This document shows positions 17,579-27,039 of a stretch of DNA of 64,000 nucleotides, in pieces (the first letter of the stretch is position 1; every line of letters starts with the position of its first letter). Source of the stretch: Oscillospiraceae bacterium. GTDB taxonomy: Bacteria; Bacillota; Clostridia; Oscillospirales; JAVBQB01. The notes beneath the pieces were generated by a model. It was given only the letters and a program-made list of their open reading frames with translations. It was not told the DNA's origin and made no database searches. The position numbers were made by a program, and so were the translations under genes. The stretch is from the NCBI GenBank assembly GCA_031549265.1, contig JAVBQB010000002.1:114210-178209 (forward strand), given 5' to 3'.

Positions 17579-19341
17579 GACTGCGCCTCCCTAATCAGAG
17601 CGTCTATCTGCAATTTCATGTCGGCTTCTATTTTAGTGTAGGTCTCTTTGTACTCATCCGCCGGAGCGTGCTTTGCGCGCCCCAGCTCCTCGCGCACGGG
17701 GATGGCGATCAACGCCTCGATGTCCACACCCTTTTCGATCGCCTCGCGTCCCAGCTCATAGAAGCGCAGCACTGCCGACATCAGCCGGAACTGGCGGTCG
17801 CCCGACGAATAGGCGTCGGTATCCACAAACGCGTTTTGTTGGAGGAAGTCCTCGCGCACCATACGCGCCGCCTCCATTGTCAGCCGGTCGCCCTTGGACA
17901 GCGCGTCAATACCGACCAGGCGCACGACCTCCTGAAGCTCCGACTCGGATTGCAGCAGGCTCATGGCCGTATTGCGGTTTTTCATAAAGTCACGGTTGAT
18001 GTTCTCGTCGTACCACGCGCCCAAGCGGTCGAGATAGAGCGAATATGAGTTCAGCCAGTTGATGGCCGGAAAGTGGCGGGCGTAGGCAAGCGAACTGTCC
18101 AGACTCCAGAAAACCTTGACAATGCGCATAGTCGCCTGCGAAACCGGCTCGGAAAGGTCGCCGCCCGGGGGAGAAACAGCGCCGACAGCCGAGAGCGAAC
18201 CCAGCCTGTCGCCGGAGCACTGGCAGTAAACGCGCCCCGCGCGCTCGTAAAACTGCGCGAGCCTGGACGACAGATACGCCGGATAACCCTCCTCGCCGGG
18301 CATCTCCTCGAGGCGTCCGGACATCTCGCGCAGCGCCTCCGCCCAGCGGGAGGTCGAGTCGGCGATAACCGCGACGTCGTAGCCCATATCACGGAAGTAT
18401 TCGGCGATTGTAATACCGGTATAGATGGAAGCCTCACGTGCCGCGACTGGCATGTCGGAGGTGTTGGCGATCAGGACGGTACGCTTCATCAGGCTCTCGC
18501 CGGTGCGCGGATCCTTTAGCTCGGGGAATTCGCGCAGCACGTCGGTCATTTCGTTGCCGCGCTCGCCGCAGCCGATGTAGACCACGATATCGACGTCCGA
18601 CCATTTGGCGAGCTGGTGCTGCACGACGGTTTTGCCCGAGCCGAACGGGCCGGGAACAGCCGCAGTGCCGCCCTTGGCAATAGGAAACATCGTATCTATG
18701 ATGCGCTGGCCGGAAATCAGCGGAACATTAGGGGGGATCTTCTCGCGGTAAGGACGGCCGACACGAACCGGCCACTTCTGCATAAGCGAAACCTCGGAAA
18801 CGCTTCCGTCATCACGCTTTATCCTGCAAACGATATCATCGACATGGAACACGCCGCTGGAAACCGACTCGACAATACCGCCGCAACCTTTCGGAACCAT
18901 AACGCGGTGTTCGACCACGACAGTCTCCTGTACTGTTCCGATAAAGTCACCGGGCACGACCCTGTCGCCCTTTTTGACCAGCGGCTCAAACTCCCATGTT
19001 CGCTCCCGGGAAATAGACGGAACGTCGACTCCGCGGCTGATGGTGCTGCCGGTCAGCTTCATAATTTCGACGAGCGGGCGCTGGATGCCGTCGTATATTG
19101 TCTCAATCAGACCGGGGCCGAGCTCGACCGAGAGCGGCGCGCCGGTGGTGACCACCTCGTCGCCGGGGCCGATGCCCGCGGTCTCCTCATAGACCTGAAT
19201 AGAGGCGCGGTCGCCGCGCATTTCAATGACCTCACCAATCAGATGCTGACGGCCTACGCGCACAACGTCAAACATGTTGGCGTCGGTCAGTCCCTCAGCG
19301 ACCACCAGCGGGCCAGATACCTTTACTATTTTGCCGTTCAT
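17575..19341 (-). CDS. ntpA: V-type ATP synthase catalytic subunit A
   Basis: 588 aa. Walker [11 protein letters not shown], plus the GERGNEM and [10 protein letters not shown] motifs. Confidence 0.95.
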   Translation of the reverse strand: MNGKIVKVSGPLVVAEGLTDANMFDVVRVGRQHLIGEVIEMRGDRASIQVYEETAGIGPGDEVVTTGAPLSVELGPGLIETIYDGIQRPLVEIMKLTGSTISRGVDVPSISRERTWEFEPLVKKGDRVVPGDFIGTVQETVVVEHRVMVPKGCGGIVESVSSGVFHVDDIVCRIKRDDGSVSEVSLMQKWPVRVGRPYREKIPPNVPLISGQRIIDTMFPIAKGGTAAVPGPFGSGKTVVQHQLAKWSDVDIVVYIGCGERGNEMTDVLREFPELKDPRTGESLMKRTVLIANTSDMPVAAREASIYTGITIAEYFRDMGYDVAVIADSTSRWAEALREMSGRLEEMPGEEGYPAYLSSRLAQFYERAGRVYCQCSGDRLGSLSAVGAVSPPGGDLSEPVSQATMRIVKVFWSLDSSLAYARHFPAINWLNSYSLYLDRLGAWYDENINRDFMKNRNTAMSLLQSESELQEVVRLVGIDALSKGDRLTMEAARMVREDFLQQNAFVDTDAYSSGDRQFRLMSAVLRFYELGREAIEKGVDIEALIAIPVREELGRAKHAPADEYKETYTKIEADMKLQIDALIREAQS

Positions 19342-19494
19342 ATGCGGAAACCTCGCTATTCTTGAGATTGGCGGCGGCGAATGCCTAAAAAGCCTGCGCG
19401 TCCCGCCAAACGTCAGCCCGCCAAAAGTCTATCGGAAAGATGCAAAAAGTATAAATGTCGAGATAAGAGTCAGTCAATACAGATGACAACGCAC

Positions 19495-19806
19495 TTAGTC
19501 GAGAATATTCGCGCCTATCGCGCGTTCTACAGCGCTGCGCAGTCCGCTCATGCCGAGACCCATGGAGCCGCTCTTGCCTGGAATCGGGATAATGGCGGGC
19601 GAGACGACGTCCTTATAAGCCGCGATCTCGGTCGTGAGCTCCGATACAAGCTGTTCAGTGATGTATATTATCGGATACCCTTCCGAGGCCAGGCGCTTGA
19701 GCGTGGGAGCCGCATCAGAGCGGTCCCCGCAGTAAAACACGTCGAGACCGAGCGCGCGAAAACCCATCACGCTTTCCCGGTCGCCCATCACCGCGATCTT
19801 ATACAT
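19495..19806 (-). CDS. ntpG: V-type ATP synthase subunit F
   Basis: 103 aa; MYKIAVMGDRESVMGFRALGLDVF is typical of subunit F. Overlaps the subunit C gene. Confidence 0.9.
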   Translation of the reverse strand: MYKIAVMGDRESVMGFRALGLDVFYCGDRSDAAPTLKRLASEGYPIIYITEQLVSELTTEIAAYKDVVSPAIIPIPGKSGSMGLGMSGLRSAVERAIGANILD

Positions 19807-20797
19807 AAAAATCCCTCAATCCTGTGCGGATGCGCTCCGGCGTCAGTCCCGCGGCGCGTCCGGCCACAATGGTGCGCACGGCGACGGCCTCGGCTTCCTT
19901 GGCGGCAATATACGCGACCAGCGGCTGTTCGCCGAAAGCAACGTATTTCGCGCTCGACAGATAGGACACAAGCGCGTTGTCCACCGCTCGTTCAAAGTCG
20001 ATTAGCGGGCGCGCGCTGTCCGACGCGGATTCGGCAAGCGACGCGGCCTCCCGCAGCTTGGTGGGAGAAAAGAGCTCGGCGACCGACGTGCGAGCCGAGG
20101 ACGCGTCCAGAATACGCTTTACCCCGACCGAGCCGCCAGCCGCCAGCGCGTGCCGCAGCAGACCCCGGTCGCCTCCGGTACGTTCGGTGCGAACCAGCGC
20201 GCGCAGGTTGCAGGCGTCGATATACAGCAGCACATAGCCGAGCAAAAACGCGCTGCCGGTCTTTTGGGAGATGCTGACCATCTCATCAAACATCGCGTGG
20301 TCAAGAAAAAAGTCTGACACCTGAGGGTCGGACGTGCGGGCGAGTAGTTCGCGGGCCTCCGACGCGGCGTTTGCCATAACCGGCGGCATATCGTGAAAGC
20401 TCAGCATACGTACCATCTCGATCATCTTTTTCGCCGGAACTCGGCCGAGGTCGATCAGCATATGCGTATTGTCCGCCGAGAGCGCATCACCCTTTATCAG
20501 AGCCTTCAAGTTGTGGTAATCATATTTCAGTCTGAATACGTCAATTATGCTCGTATCACTTATTAGTGAAGCAATAAGCGTATACGTCTTTGTCAATTCA
20601 AGTGACAGGGCGGGTTCGAGCGCCAAGGTGTCCGATATGTCGCCGTAGCCGCAGTCCTGTAGAACTTTCAGAGCGTCGGCCATCGACCGAGCTTCCAGCA
20701 TCCGCTCGGCGTGCGGCTTGCCGAACAGTGTGCGTTCCATCGCGCGAACGCGTGTTGCAGAGTACAGGTAATCGGTATCCTTTATCTTGCGCGGCAA
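19799..20797 (-). CDS. ntpC: V-type ATP synthase subunit C (d-like)
   Basis: DYLYSATRVRAMERTLF... is typical of V-ATPase subunit C. A probable TTG start at 20797 lies 8 nt after GGGAGG. The track ORF extends to 20833. Confidence 0.85.
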   Translation of the reverse strand: MPRKIKDTDYLYSATRVRAMERTLFGKPHAERMLEARSMADALKVLQDCGYGDISDTLALEPALSLELTKTYTLIASLISDTSIIDVFRLKYDYHNLKALIKGDALSADNTHMLIDLGRVPAKKMIEMVRMLSFHDMPPVMANAASEARELLARTSDPQVSDFFLDHAMFDEMVSISQKTGSAFLLGYVLLYIDACNLRALVRTERTGGDRGLLRHALAAGGSVGVKRILDASSARTSVAELFSPTKLREAASLAESASDSARPLIDFERAVDNALVSYLSSAKYVAFGEQPLVAYIAAKEAEAVAVRTIVAGRAAGLTPERIRTGLRDFYV

Positions 20798-20839
20798 TGT
20801 TTTCACCTCCCGGCAGCCGGGACTTTCCGGCATGTATTA

Positions 20840-21439
20840 TCAGTCAAACAGAATTTTTGATATGTCGGGCGCCCACTCGTCGCGAACTGCCCGCAGCATA
20901 GCGGCGAAGGTGCAGTTCAGCTCAATCCTGCCGTCGACTAGTATCAGACCGCAGCCGATGGGACGGATTTCCTCGGACAGCGTGAGGTTTGCCGGTCGTC
21001 CGAGCTCCTCAAGCTGTTTGTTGGCGGAGGCGACAATTTTTTTGCCAAACCGCTGACGGAAGGACATGTTGAGAATGATCTGCTCGCTGCCTGTGCGCGA
21101 GGCCTTGACGGCAAGTCCGGTAAGAAGCGCCGCCATCTCGTCGTCAGGCAGGTTCCACAGTTTTTCCAGAGCCATCGCGAACGCTTCGTCTATCTTTTCC
21201 TGACGAACGCCCAGCTCCAGCTTGCGGGCTTCTAATACCGCGACGCCAGTGCGCCGCTCAAGCAGTTCCTTCGCCGCTCGTCTGCCGTTTTCAAGCGTCG
21301 CTTCGGTTTCCTGCTCGGCCTGCTTTGCGGATGCGGCAAGGATAGCCGCAGCTTCACTCCGCGCCTGCTCCAGCTGTGCGCCGGTTTCACTGTCGGCTTC
21401 GCTCAGTATTCTAGCCGTAATTCGTTCAATACCATTCAT
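20840..21439 (-). CDS. ntpE: V-type ATP synthase subunit E
   Basis: 199 aa with an Ala/Glu-rich N-terminal helix and a globular C-terminus. AAGGTGA RBS. Position matches the ntp operon order. Confidence 0.85.
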   Translation of the reverse strand: MNGIERITARILSEADSETGAQLEQARSEAAAILAASAKQAEQETEATLENGRRAAKELLERRTGVAVLEARKLELGVRQEKIDEAFAMALEKLWNLPDDEMAALLTGLAVKASRTGSEQIILNMSFRQRFGKKIVASANKQLEELGRPANLTLSEEIRPIGCGLILVDGRIELNCTFAAMLRAVRDEWAPDISKILFD

Positions 21440-21568
21440 TGTGAGTCACCTTATTGCCACTGTGTAAGTCATCATAAATGACAAAAAGCGGCAGAAAATT
21501 ATGCGTATTGCGAGCGTTCAGCAGGCAATAGGCCGCCGTCAGAGCGCGAATCAGAGATCGAAAACCGG

Positions 21569-22057
21569 TCAGGCAGTCAGGTTGACGTTTGAGATCATCA
21601 TGATTGAGGCAAGCAGGCAGAGAATTGCGTAGAACTCGACCAGGATACACATGATCATACCCTTGGAGAGTTCCTCGGGGCGCTTGGAAATCAGTCCAAT
21701 GGAGGCCGCGGCGACTCTGCCCTGGGCGATAGCCGACAGCATTCCGCCGATCGCGATGGGCAGGCAGGCCATACAGACGGCAGCGCCGCCCGCGACAGTG
21801 ATCTGCACAGGGTCTGGCGTGAGGATCTGCATCGCGTTGAGCACCCAGAACCAGATAACGAATCCATAAAGACCCTGCGTACCCGGCATGATTTGCAGGA
21901 CGAGCACCTGCGCGAATTTGCCCGGCTCCTCCGAAAGAAGTCCGGCTCCGGCCTCGCCGGTGGAGCCGACGCCTATTGCCGAGCCGGCGCAGGCCAGTCC
22001 GACCGCGAGAGATGCTCCGAGCAGGGCGAGAACGGTTCCGTTAAGAAGAAAATCCAT
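21569..22057 (-). CDS. ntpK: V-type ATP synthase proteolipid subunit K (4-TM c subunit)
   Basis: 162 aa, duplicated hairpin. Motifs LQIMPGTQGLYGF, SAIAQGRVAA and ILVEFYAIL match the ion-site residues of Enterococcus hirae NtpK. Confidence 0.95.
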   Translation of the reverse strand: MDFLLNGTVLALLGASLAVGLACAGSAIGVGSTGEAGAGLLSEEPGKFAQVLVLQIMPGTQGLYGFVIWFWVLNAMQILTPDPVQITVAGGAAVCMACLPIAIGGMLSAIAQGRVAAASIGLISKRPEELSKGMIMCILVEFYAILCLLASIMMISNVNLTA

Positions 22058-22059
22058 GT

Positions 22060-23994
22060 TCAGTTGTCCTTTCTGATAATGTCAAAGTATTTCGGCTCAA
22101 GCCGCAGCGGCTTAAACGGACGCCCGCCGCTTTCGTAGAACTTGCTGAAGTATTCGAGGTATTGCAGGCGCGCGCCGTGGACGTATGTGCCGATTATATT
22201 GACAGCCATGTTAAAGAAATGGCCGATAACAAAGACCAGGATGAAGAAAACCGGTCCCGCGCCCGCGCCAAGCTGGTTTACCACCGAGGCGATGACGCTG
22301 CTTGCCATCATCAGGGCCATCAGGCGGGCATAAGAGAGGATATCCGAAAAGTAGTTCGTGATGTTGTAGAGGCTGGCAAGCCCGCCGATGAATTTTCCGC
22401 CGATGCTGGGCGAGTGCCGCCCTTGGGTGAGTATGAGCATAAGCGCGCCTGCAACCGTTATCCAGAACGTACCGCCCGTGACCCATACGCCGATTCCCGC
22501 GAACAGCACCCACCATGAGCCGACGTCGAACAGTGCATCCAGCGGCTTGCCGTCCCGGCAGAGCAGGTAGATCTTGATACACATTCCGGTGAAGAGCTGG
22601 ATCGCGCCGATAATAAGCGCGGCGACCAGGGTAAGCATCGGCTCCTTGACCGGGTTGATGAGCGCGGGCATTACCACCGTGCCGGGCGCGGCTCCAAAAA
22701 AGGTCTCGGCGATGACTGTTATCGCGTCGCCGAAGAATCCGCCGAACAGCAGACCTGACGCGGCGCTGACGAGTCCGACAACCCGCCCCAGCTCAAACAG
22801 CTGACGCACGGTGCCCCGCGGACGGACTTTACGCAGCACGATTGCCGAAAAGATAAAGACAATAAGCCCGTAAGCGAGGTCGCAGTACATAATGCCGAAA
22901 AAAATCGGGAAGAACGGGAATATCAGCGGGTTTGGGTCGATGTTGTTATACTTGGGCAGGGAATACATCTCGGTGACCAGATTCATTGTGCCGACCAGTT
23001 TGCTGTTGCGCAGCTCAACCGGCACATCGTCCGACGGGTCGGGGTCGGTCAGCTCAAAGGCGCAGTCGTATTTCGCAAAGAGCCGCGCGAGGTTGTCGGA
23101 ATCGGATTCGCGCACCCAGCCCTCCATGAAAAACGCCTGACCCGTCTTCAGCAGGTTCGCCCTCGCATGTTCGCGGTCGAGCTTGATCGTGAGCATATCA
23201 TAGGCGCGGCGGAGACCGTCTCGGGTATGCGACATGGCAGCGACGTTCTCGACTGTTTGGGCACGGACTTTTTCACACTCGACAATGTCGGCGAGGGTAC
23301 TCGTTATATTCTCGCTCGCTGTGCCGTGCATGTCCTTGAAGCTCTGCTGGGTGAATCCGATGGGCTTCAGAAGAGCCATCGCTGCATCAAGGTCGTCTGA
23401 GTGGCATATCAGGAGGATGTAGTGCTGTTCGGCGTCAGAGGAGCTGATAATCAGTTCGCTGTCCGTGGCTCTCGCCAGTTCGGAACGCAATTCGTCAAGG
23501 CTTGCGTTGGACGGCAGGACGCCGAAACAAAAAAAGCAATTAGCGGTAGATTCGGTCTGGAGCGGGACGTAAATTTCCTTCCAGGGCAGGAGAAGCTCGT
23601 ATTTGTTTTTCAGGCGGCTCTCCTCGGTGAACATCTCGTTGATAATCCTGGCGAGTTCGCCAAGCTTATCCGCTGTCTCAAGCTGAGCGGACAAAAATTC
23701 GTCGTCAAACAGAGCGGAATTTGAGATAAACGGGCGCGCGCTCAGCAACGGAGTCTTTTGCCGCGCGAATTTGTCCAGCGAGTCCAGCGCCAGAGCGACA
23801 GACGCGCGCTGGTCGCGAAGCTCAATATCGTCTGCCGCGTCCTTAGTGACTATCGCCTGCCAAACGGGGTCGCTCAGGCGATCGGAGCATTCTTCCGGCT
23901 GGACGCATCCGGCGTCGGTAATCTCGGTCAGCAGGCGCGTTTTGTCCCTGGCGAGCGCGATAAGCCTGACGCGCTTCATCTTGACAATTGCCAT
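22060..23994 (-). CDS. ntpI: V-type ATP synthase subunit I (a-like stator/channel)
   Basis: 644 aa. Soluble N-terminal half MAIVKMKRVRLIAL... plus a polytopic C-terminal half with the conserved ARLMALMMAS motif (essential Arg). Confidence 0.95.
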   Translation of the reverse strand: MAIVKMKRVRLIALARDKTRLLTEITDAGCVQPEECSDRLSDPVWQAIVTKDAADDIELRDQRASVALALDSLDKFARQKTPLLSARPFISNSALFDDEFLSAQLETADKLGELARIINEMFTEESRLKNKYELLLPWKEIYVPLQTESTANCFFCFGVLPSNASLDELRSELARATDSELIISSSDAEQHYILLICHSDDLDAAMALLKPIGFTQQSFKDMHGTASENITSTLADIVECEKVRAQTVENVAAMSHTRDGLRRAYDMLTIKLDREHARANLLKTGQAFFMEGWVRESDSDNLARLFAKYDCAFELTDPDPSDDVPVELRNSKLVGTMNLVTEMYSLPKYNNIDPNPLIFPFFPIFFGIMYCDLAYGLIVFIFSAIVLRKVRPRGTVRQLFELGRVVGLVSAASGLLFGGFFGDAITVIAETFFGAAPGTVVMPALINPVKEPMLTLVAALIIGAIQLFTGMCIKIYLLCRDGKPLDALFDVGSWWVLFAGIGVWVTGGTFWITVAGALMLILTQGRHSPSIGGKFIGGLASLYNITNYFSDILSYARLMALMMASSVIASVVNQLGAGAGPVFFILVFVIGHFFNMAVNIIGTYVHGARLQYLEYFSKFYESGGRPFKPLRLEPKYFDIIRKDN

Positions 23995-24308
23995 CAGGCG
24001 TTCACTATCCTTTCAACAATGGCGTCGGCGGCCGCCTCGAGCCGGTCGTTCGCTTTGTTGCGCATAATATCGCACGCGTGACGCGCTTCAGCCATCGCGT
24101 CGGACACGTGATCGGATGCCCGGTCGTTGGCCTCGGCAAGCATAGCGGAGACCTGCTCGCGCGCGGCGTCACGCGCCCGTTCCTGATGCGCGCGGGCCTC
24201 CTGACGGGCATTGTCCAGAATTTCTCGAATTTCGGAAACTGAGTCGCTTCTTTTGGACTGCGCCGCTTCCTCGGCTTCGGCGACTTTCTTAATCGCTTCA
24301 ATAGGCAT
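23994..24308 (-). CDS. ntpF: V-type ATPase small peripheral-stalk subunit (G/H-like)
   Basis: 104-aa Ala/Glu/Arg-rich helical protein. It is the first gene of the operon and overlaps ntpI by 1 nt, the same position as E. hirae ntpF. Confidence 0.75.
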   Translation of the reverse strand: MPIEAIKKVAEAEEAAQSKRSDSVSEIREILDNARQEARAHQERARDAAREQVSAMLAEANDRASDHVSDAMAEARHACDIMRNKANDRLEAAADAIVERIVNA

Positions 24309-24946
24309 CCCTGGTCACCGCCTCAAACATTTATAATGATATCATATATTGCGATATCCATTTTCGTATATGGTACTATGAATTTATCGTTTTTGTCAAT
24401 ATGCAGGATAGACAGAAAAGTCAAAAAAGTTATCCGAAGGAATAAATATTTACGCTTTGTCAATAAATTGTCCGTGATATGTTATCAAAGATGCTTTATA
24501 ATAGGTATAGAGAAATACTGAGCATATTATTGCTTATCGATTAGAAGAGAAAAACTAGCAATAGTAATTGTAAATGACAAAGATATGGAGACAAATTTTA
24601 AATTATACGCGCAAAATAGCTTGATAATTAAAAAATAGTTGAAGTATACGTAGTTGGGGCAATGAGCCTAATATTTTTACTTAGTCAATATGCACACATT
24701 TTTTGCCGGCGTCGCAATAATTATGTAAGCGGCGCGGCTGTCAGATTTGATAAAATAACCGGAAAATTCTTTTCGGCCTTTCCCCGCCGGCTTGACTTGG
24801 CGGCAAATTCGCCGCATAATTAAAGATAAAAATCACATAGAAAATTGAACGCATTCAATGTGCGTCCCCGGCAGTTACGAACGCGCGTTAGTGAAAGTGT
24901 GTCAATAAGAATGACGGAAAATTACAGCACAAATGGGAGAATAGCT

Positions 24947-25813
24947 ATGATTGAGATATCAAAAGCGCTTGTAGACTCGACAATACCTGTCAGGCCAAGG
25001 GAGTGTCACAAGCTGCATTTCGGCAGGATTTTGCTCATCTGCGGAAGCGTCGGCTATACCGGAGCGGCGCGGATGGCGGCGGAGGCTGCGCTGCGTTCCG
25101 GCGCGGGGCTCACCCATGTAGGGACGCCGCGGTCGGTCTATCCTATCGTGGCTGGCGGCCTGCCGGAGGCGATGGTGCAGCCGCTTGTGGACGACGCCGA
25201 CGGAAAACTGTCGCTTGAAGCGGCGGACTGGATACTCCAGACGCTGGACAAATCCGACTGCTGTCTGGTCGGCCCGGGGCTTGGGCGGTCGAGCGATATA
25301 ACCGGGCTGATAAATGCCGTTCTGGAGCGAGCAAAGTGTCCGGTGGTGCTGGACGCAGACGGAATCAACGCGATCGCGGGTACGAATCCGGAACACCGGT
25401 GCGAGCTTGTTCTGACGCCGCACGGCGGCGAATATGAGCGCCTGGGCGGCGGACGGCCGGAGGAGACTGCCGAGCGTTTGAATTGTACACTGGTTCTCAA
25501 AGGGGCGCGAACCGCGGTTTATTCGCCAGATGGCAGGCGCTTCGAGTATTTCGGCATGAATCCGGGGATGGCGAGAGGCGGTAGCGGCGACGTGCTGGCA
25601 GGTCTGCTTACCTCGCTTATCGGTCAGGCGCACACGATGCCAGAGAACTGGAAGGGCGCCGATACCGCGCGGATCTGCGCTGCCGGCGTATGGCTGCACG
25701 GCGAGGCCGGAAAGCGCTGCGCCGTTGATATCGGGCAGTACGGGATGCTGCCGACAGACGTGATCGCGAGGCTGCCCGAGCTGCTGCGGCCGTACAACTG
25801 CGAAATCGGCTGA
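24947..25813 (+). CDS. nnrD: ADP/ATP-dependent NAD(P)H-hydrate dehydratase
   Basis: Motifs HKLHFGRILLICGS, LVGPGLGRS, GGSGDVLAGLLTSL. ATG 24947 behind GGGAGA is preferred over the TTG track start at 24845. Confidence 0.85.
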   Translation: MIEISKALVDSTIPVRPRECHKLHFGRILLICGSVGYTGAARMAAEAALRSGAGLTHVGTPRSVYPIVAGGLPEAMVQPLVDDADGKLSLEAADWILQTLDKSDCCLVGPGLGRSSDITGLINAVLERAKCPVVLDADGINAIAGTNPEHRCELVLTPHGGEYERLGGGRPEETAERLNCTLVLKGARTAVYSPDGRRFEYFGMNPGMARGGSGDVLAGLLTSLIGQAHTMPENWKGADTARICAAGVWLHGEAGKRCAVDIGQYGMLPTDVIARLPELLRPYNCEIG

Positions 25814-25903
25814 GTCCGCCGAAAACAAAGAGGCTCGGTTTTAGGCCGAACCTCGTGTCATAAAAATGTGTAAACGGTACGCGGCCGGACGGAACTCAGA
25901 GCA

Positions 25904-26839
25904 TTAAGCTTTGCCGTCGCAGCCGAGGACGTTTTTGATCTTGTGCGCGACCATGCCCTTGATTGCCGCACGCGCCGGGGTAAGATACTGGCGCGGGTCG
26001 AAGTGACTGGGATTGTCGGCAAAGTGCTTGCGGATGGTGGCAGTCATCGCGAGGCGGAGGTCGGAGTCGATATTGATCTTGCAAACCGACATACGGGCGG
26101 CCTGACGCAGCATATCCTCGGGGATTCCGATGGCGTCGGGCATGTTGCCGCCGTTTTCGTTGATCATTTTAACGTATTCGGGGATGACCGACGACGCGCC
26201 GTGCAGCACGATCGGATATCCGGGCAGACGCTGCCCGACTTCCTCGAGTATATCGAACCGGAGCTGGGGCTTTTGCCCGGGCTTGAACTTAAACGCGCCG
26301 TGCGATGTGCCGATGGCGATCGCCAGGCTGTCAACGCCGGTGCGCTCGACAAATTCCTGTACCTGGGAAGGCTTGGTATATGAAGCGTCATCGTCGGAGA
26401 CATTAACGTCGTCCTCGACGCCGGCCAGTCTGCCCAGCTCGCCCTCAACGGTGACGCCCTTGGAGTGCGCGTATTCGACCACCTGCGCGGTCAGCTTGAC
26501 GTTGTCTTCAAACGAGTGATGGGAGCCGTCGATCATAACCGAGGTGAATCCGCCGTCGATGCAGCTTTTGCAAAGCTCAAACGTGTCGCCGTGGTCGAGA
26601 TGGACGGCGATCGGCAGGTTGGTTTCGATTATGGCGGCTTCAATCAGCTTCATAAGGTAAGTGTGATTGGCATATTTTCTAGCGCCCGAGGAGACCTGGA
26701 GTATGAGCGGGGCGCTGAGCTCTTTGGCGGCTTCGGTGATACCCTGGATAATCTCCATGTTGTTAACATTGAACGCGCCTATAGCGTATCCGCCGTCATA
26801 TGCCTTTTTGAACATCTCTGTTGTCGTTACTAACGCCAT
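25904..26839 (-). CDS. fba: Class II fructose-1,6-bisphosphate aldolase
   Basis: Motifs GYAIGAFNVNN, PIAVHLDHG, VMIDGSH, IVLHGASS. 311 aa. Confidence 0.95.
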   Translation of the reverse strand: MALVTTTEMFKKAYDGGYAIGAFNVNNMEIIQGITEAAKELSAPLILQVSSGARKYANHTYLMKLIEAAIIETNLPIAVHLDHGDTFELCKSCIDGGFTSVMIDGSHHSFEDNVKLTAQVVEYAHSKGVTVEGELGRLAGVEDDVNVSDDDASYTKPSQVQEFVERTGVDSLAIAIGTSHGAFKFKPGQKPQLRFDILEEVGQRLPGYPIVLHGASSVIPEYVKMINENGGNMPDAIGIPEDMLRQAARMSVCKINIDSDLRLAMTATIRKHFADNPSHFDPRQYLTPARAAIKGMVAHKIKNVLGCDGKA

Positions 26840-27039
26840 AATTCCAACTCCTCTAACATTTTAGGGCGGCGGCGGACGCCGTGCCGTCCTATAGTATGAT
26901 TTTACCAGCATGAGGGCCGCAAAGCAAGTAAAACCGCATGATTTGACAAAACATTATCATCTAAGCGTTTGCATTGATGCGTTATGTGTGTTATATTATT
27001 TCCAGTTAATTTAATTCTATCGCCTGGGGAGGATAACAA

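Noticed and set aside
24336-24521. 61-aa ORF in the AT-rich region upstream of the V-ATPase operon. Similar ORFs occur at 164-364, 3732-3923 and 3753-3977.
   Set aside because: These fall in AT-rich promoter regions and show Ile/Lys/Phe/Tyr-rich translations typical of non-coding AT-rich DNA. None has an RBS.
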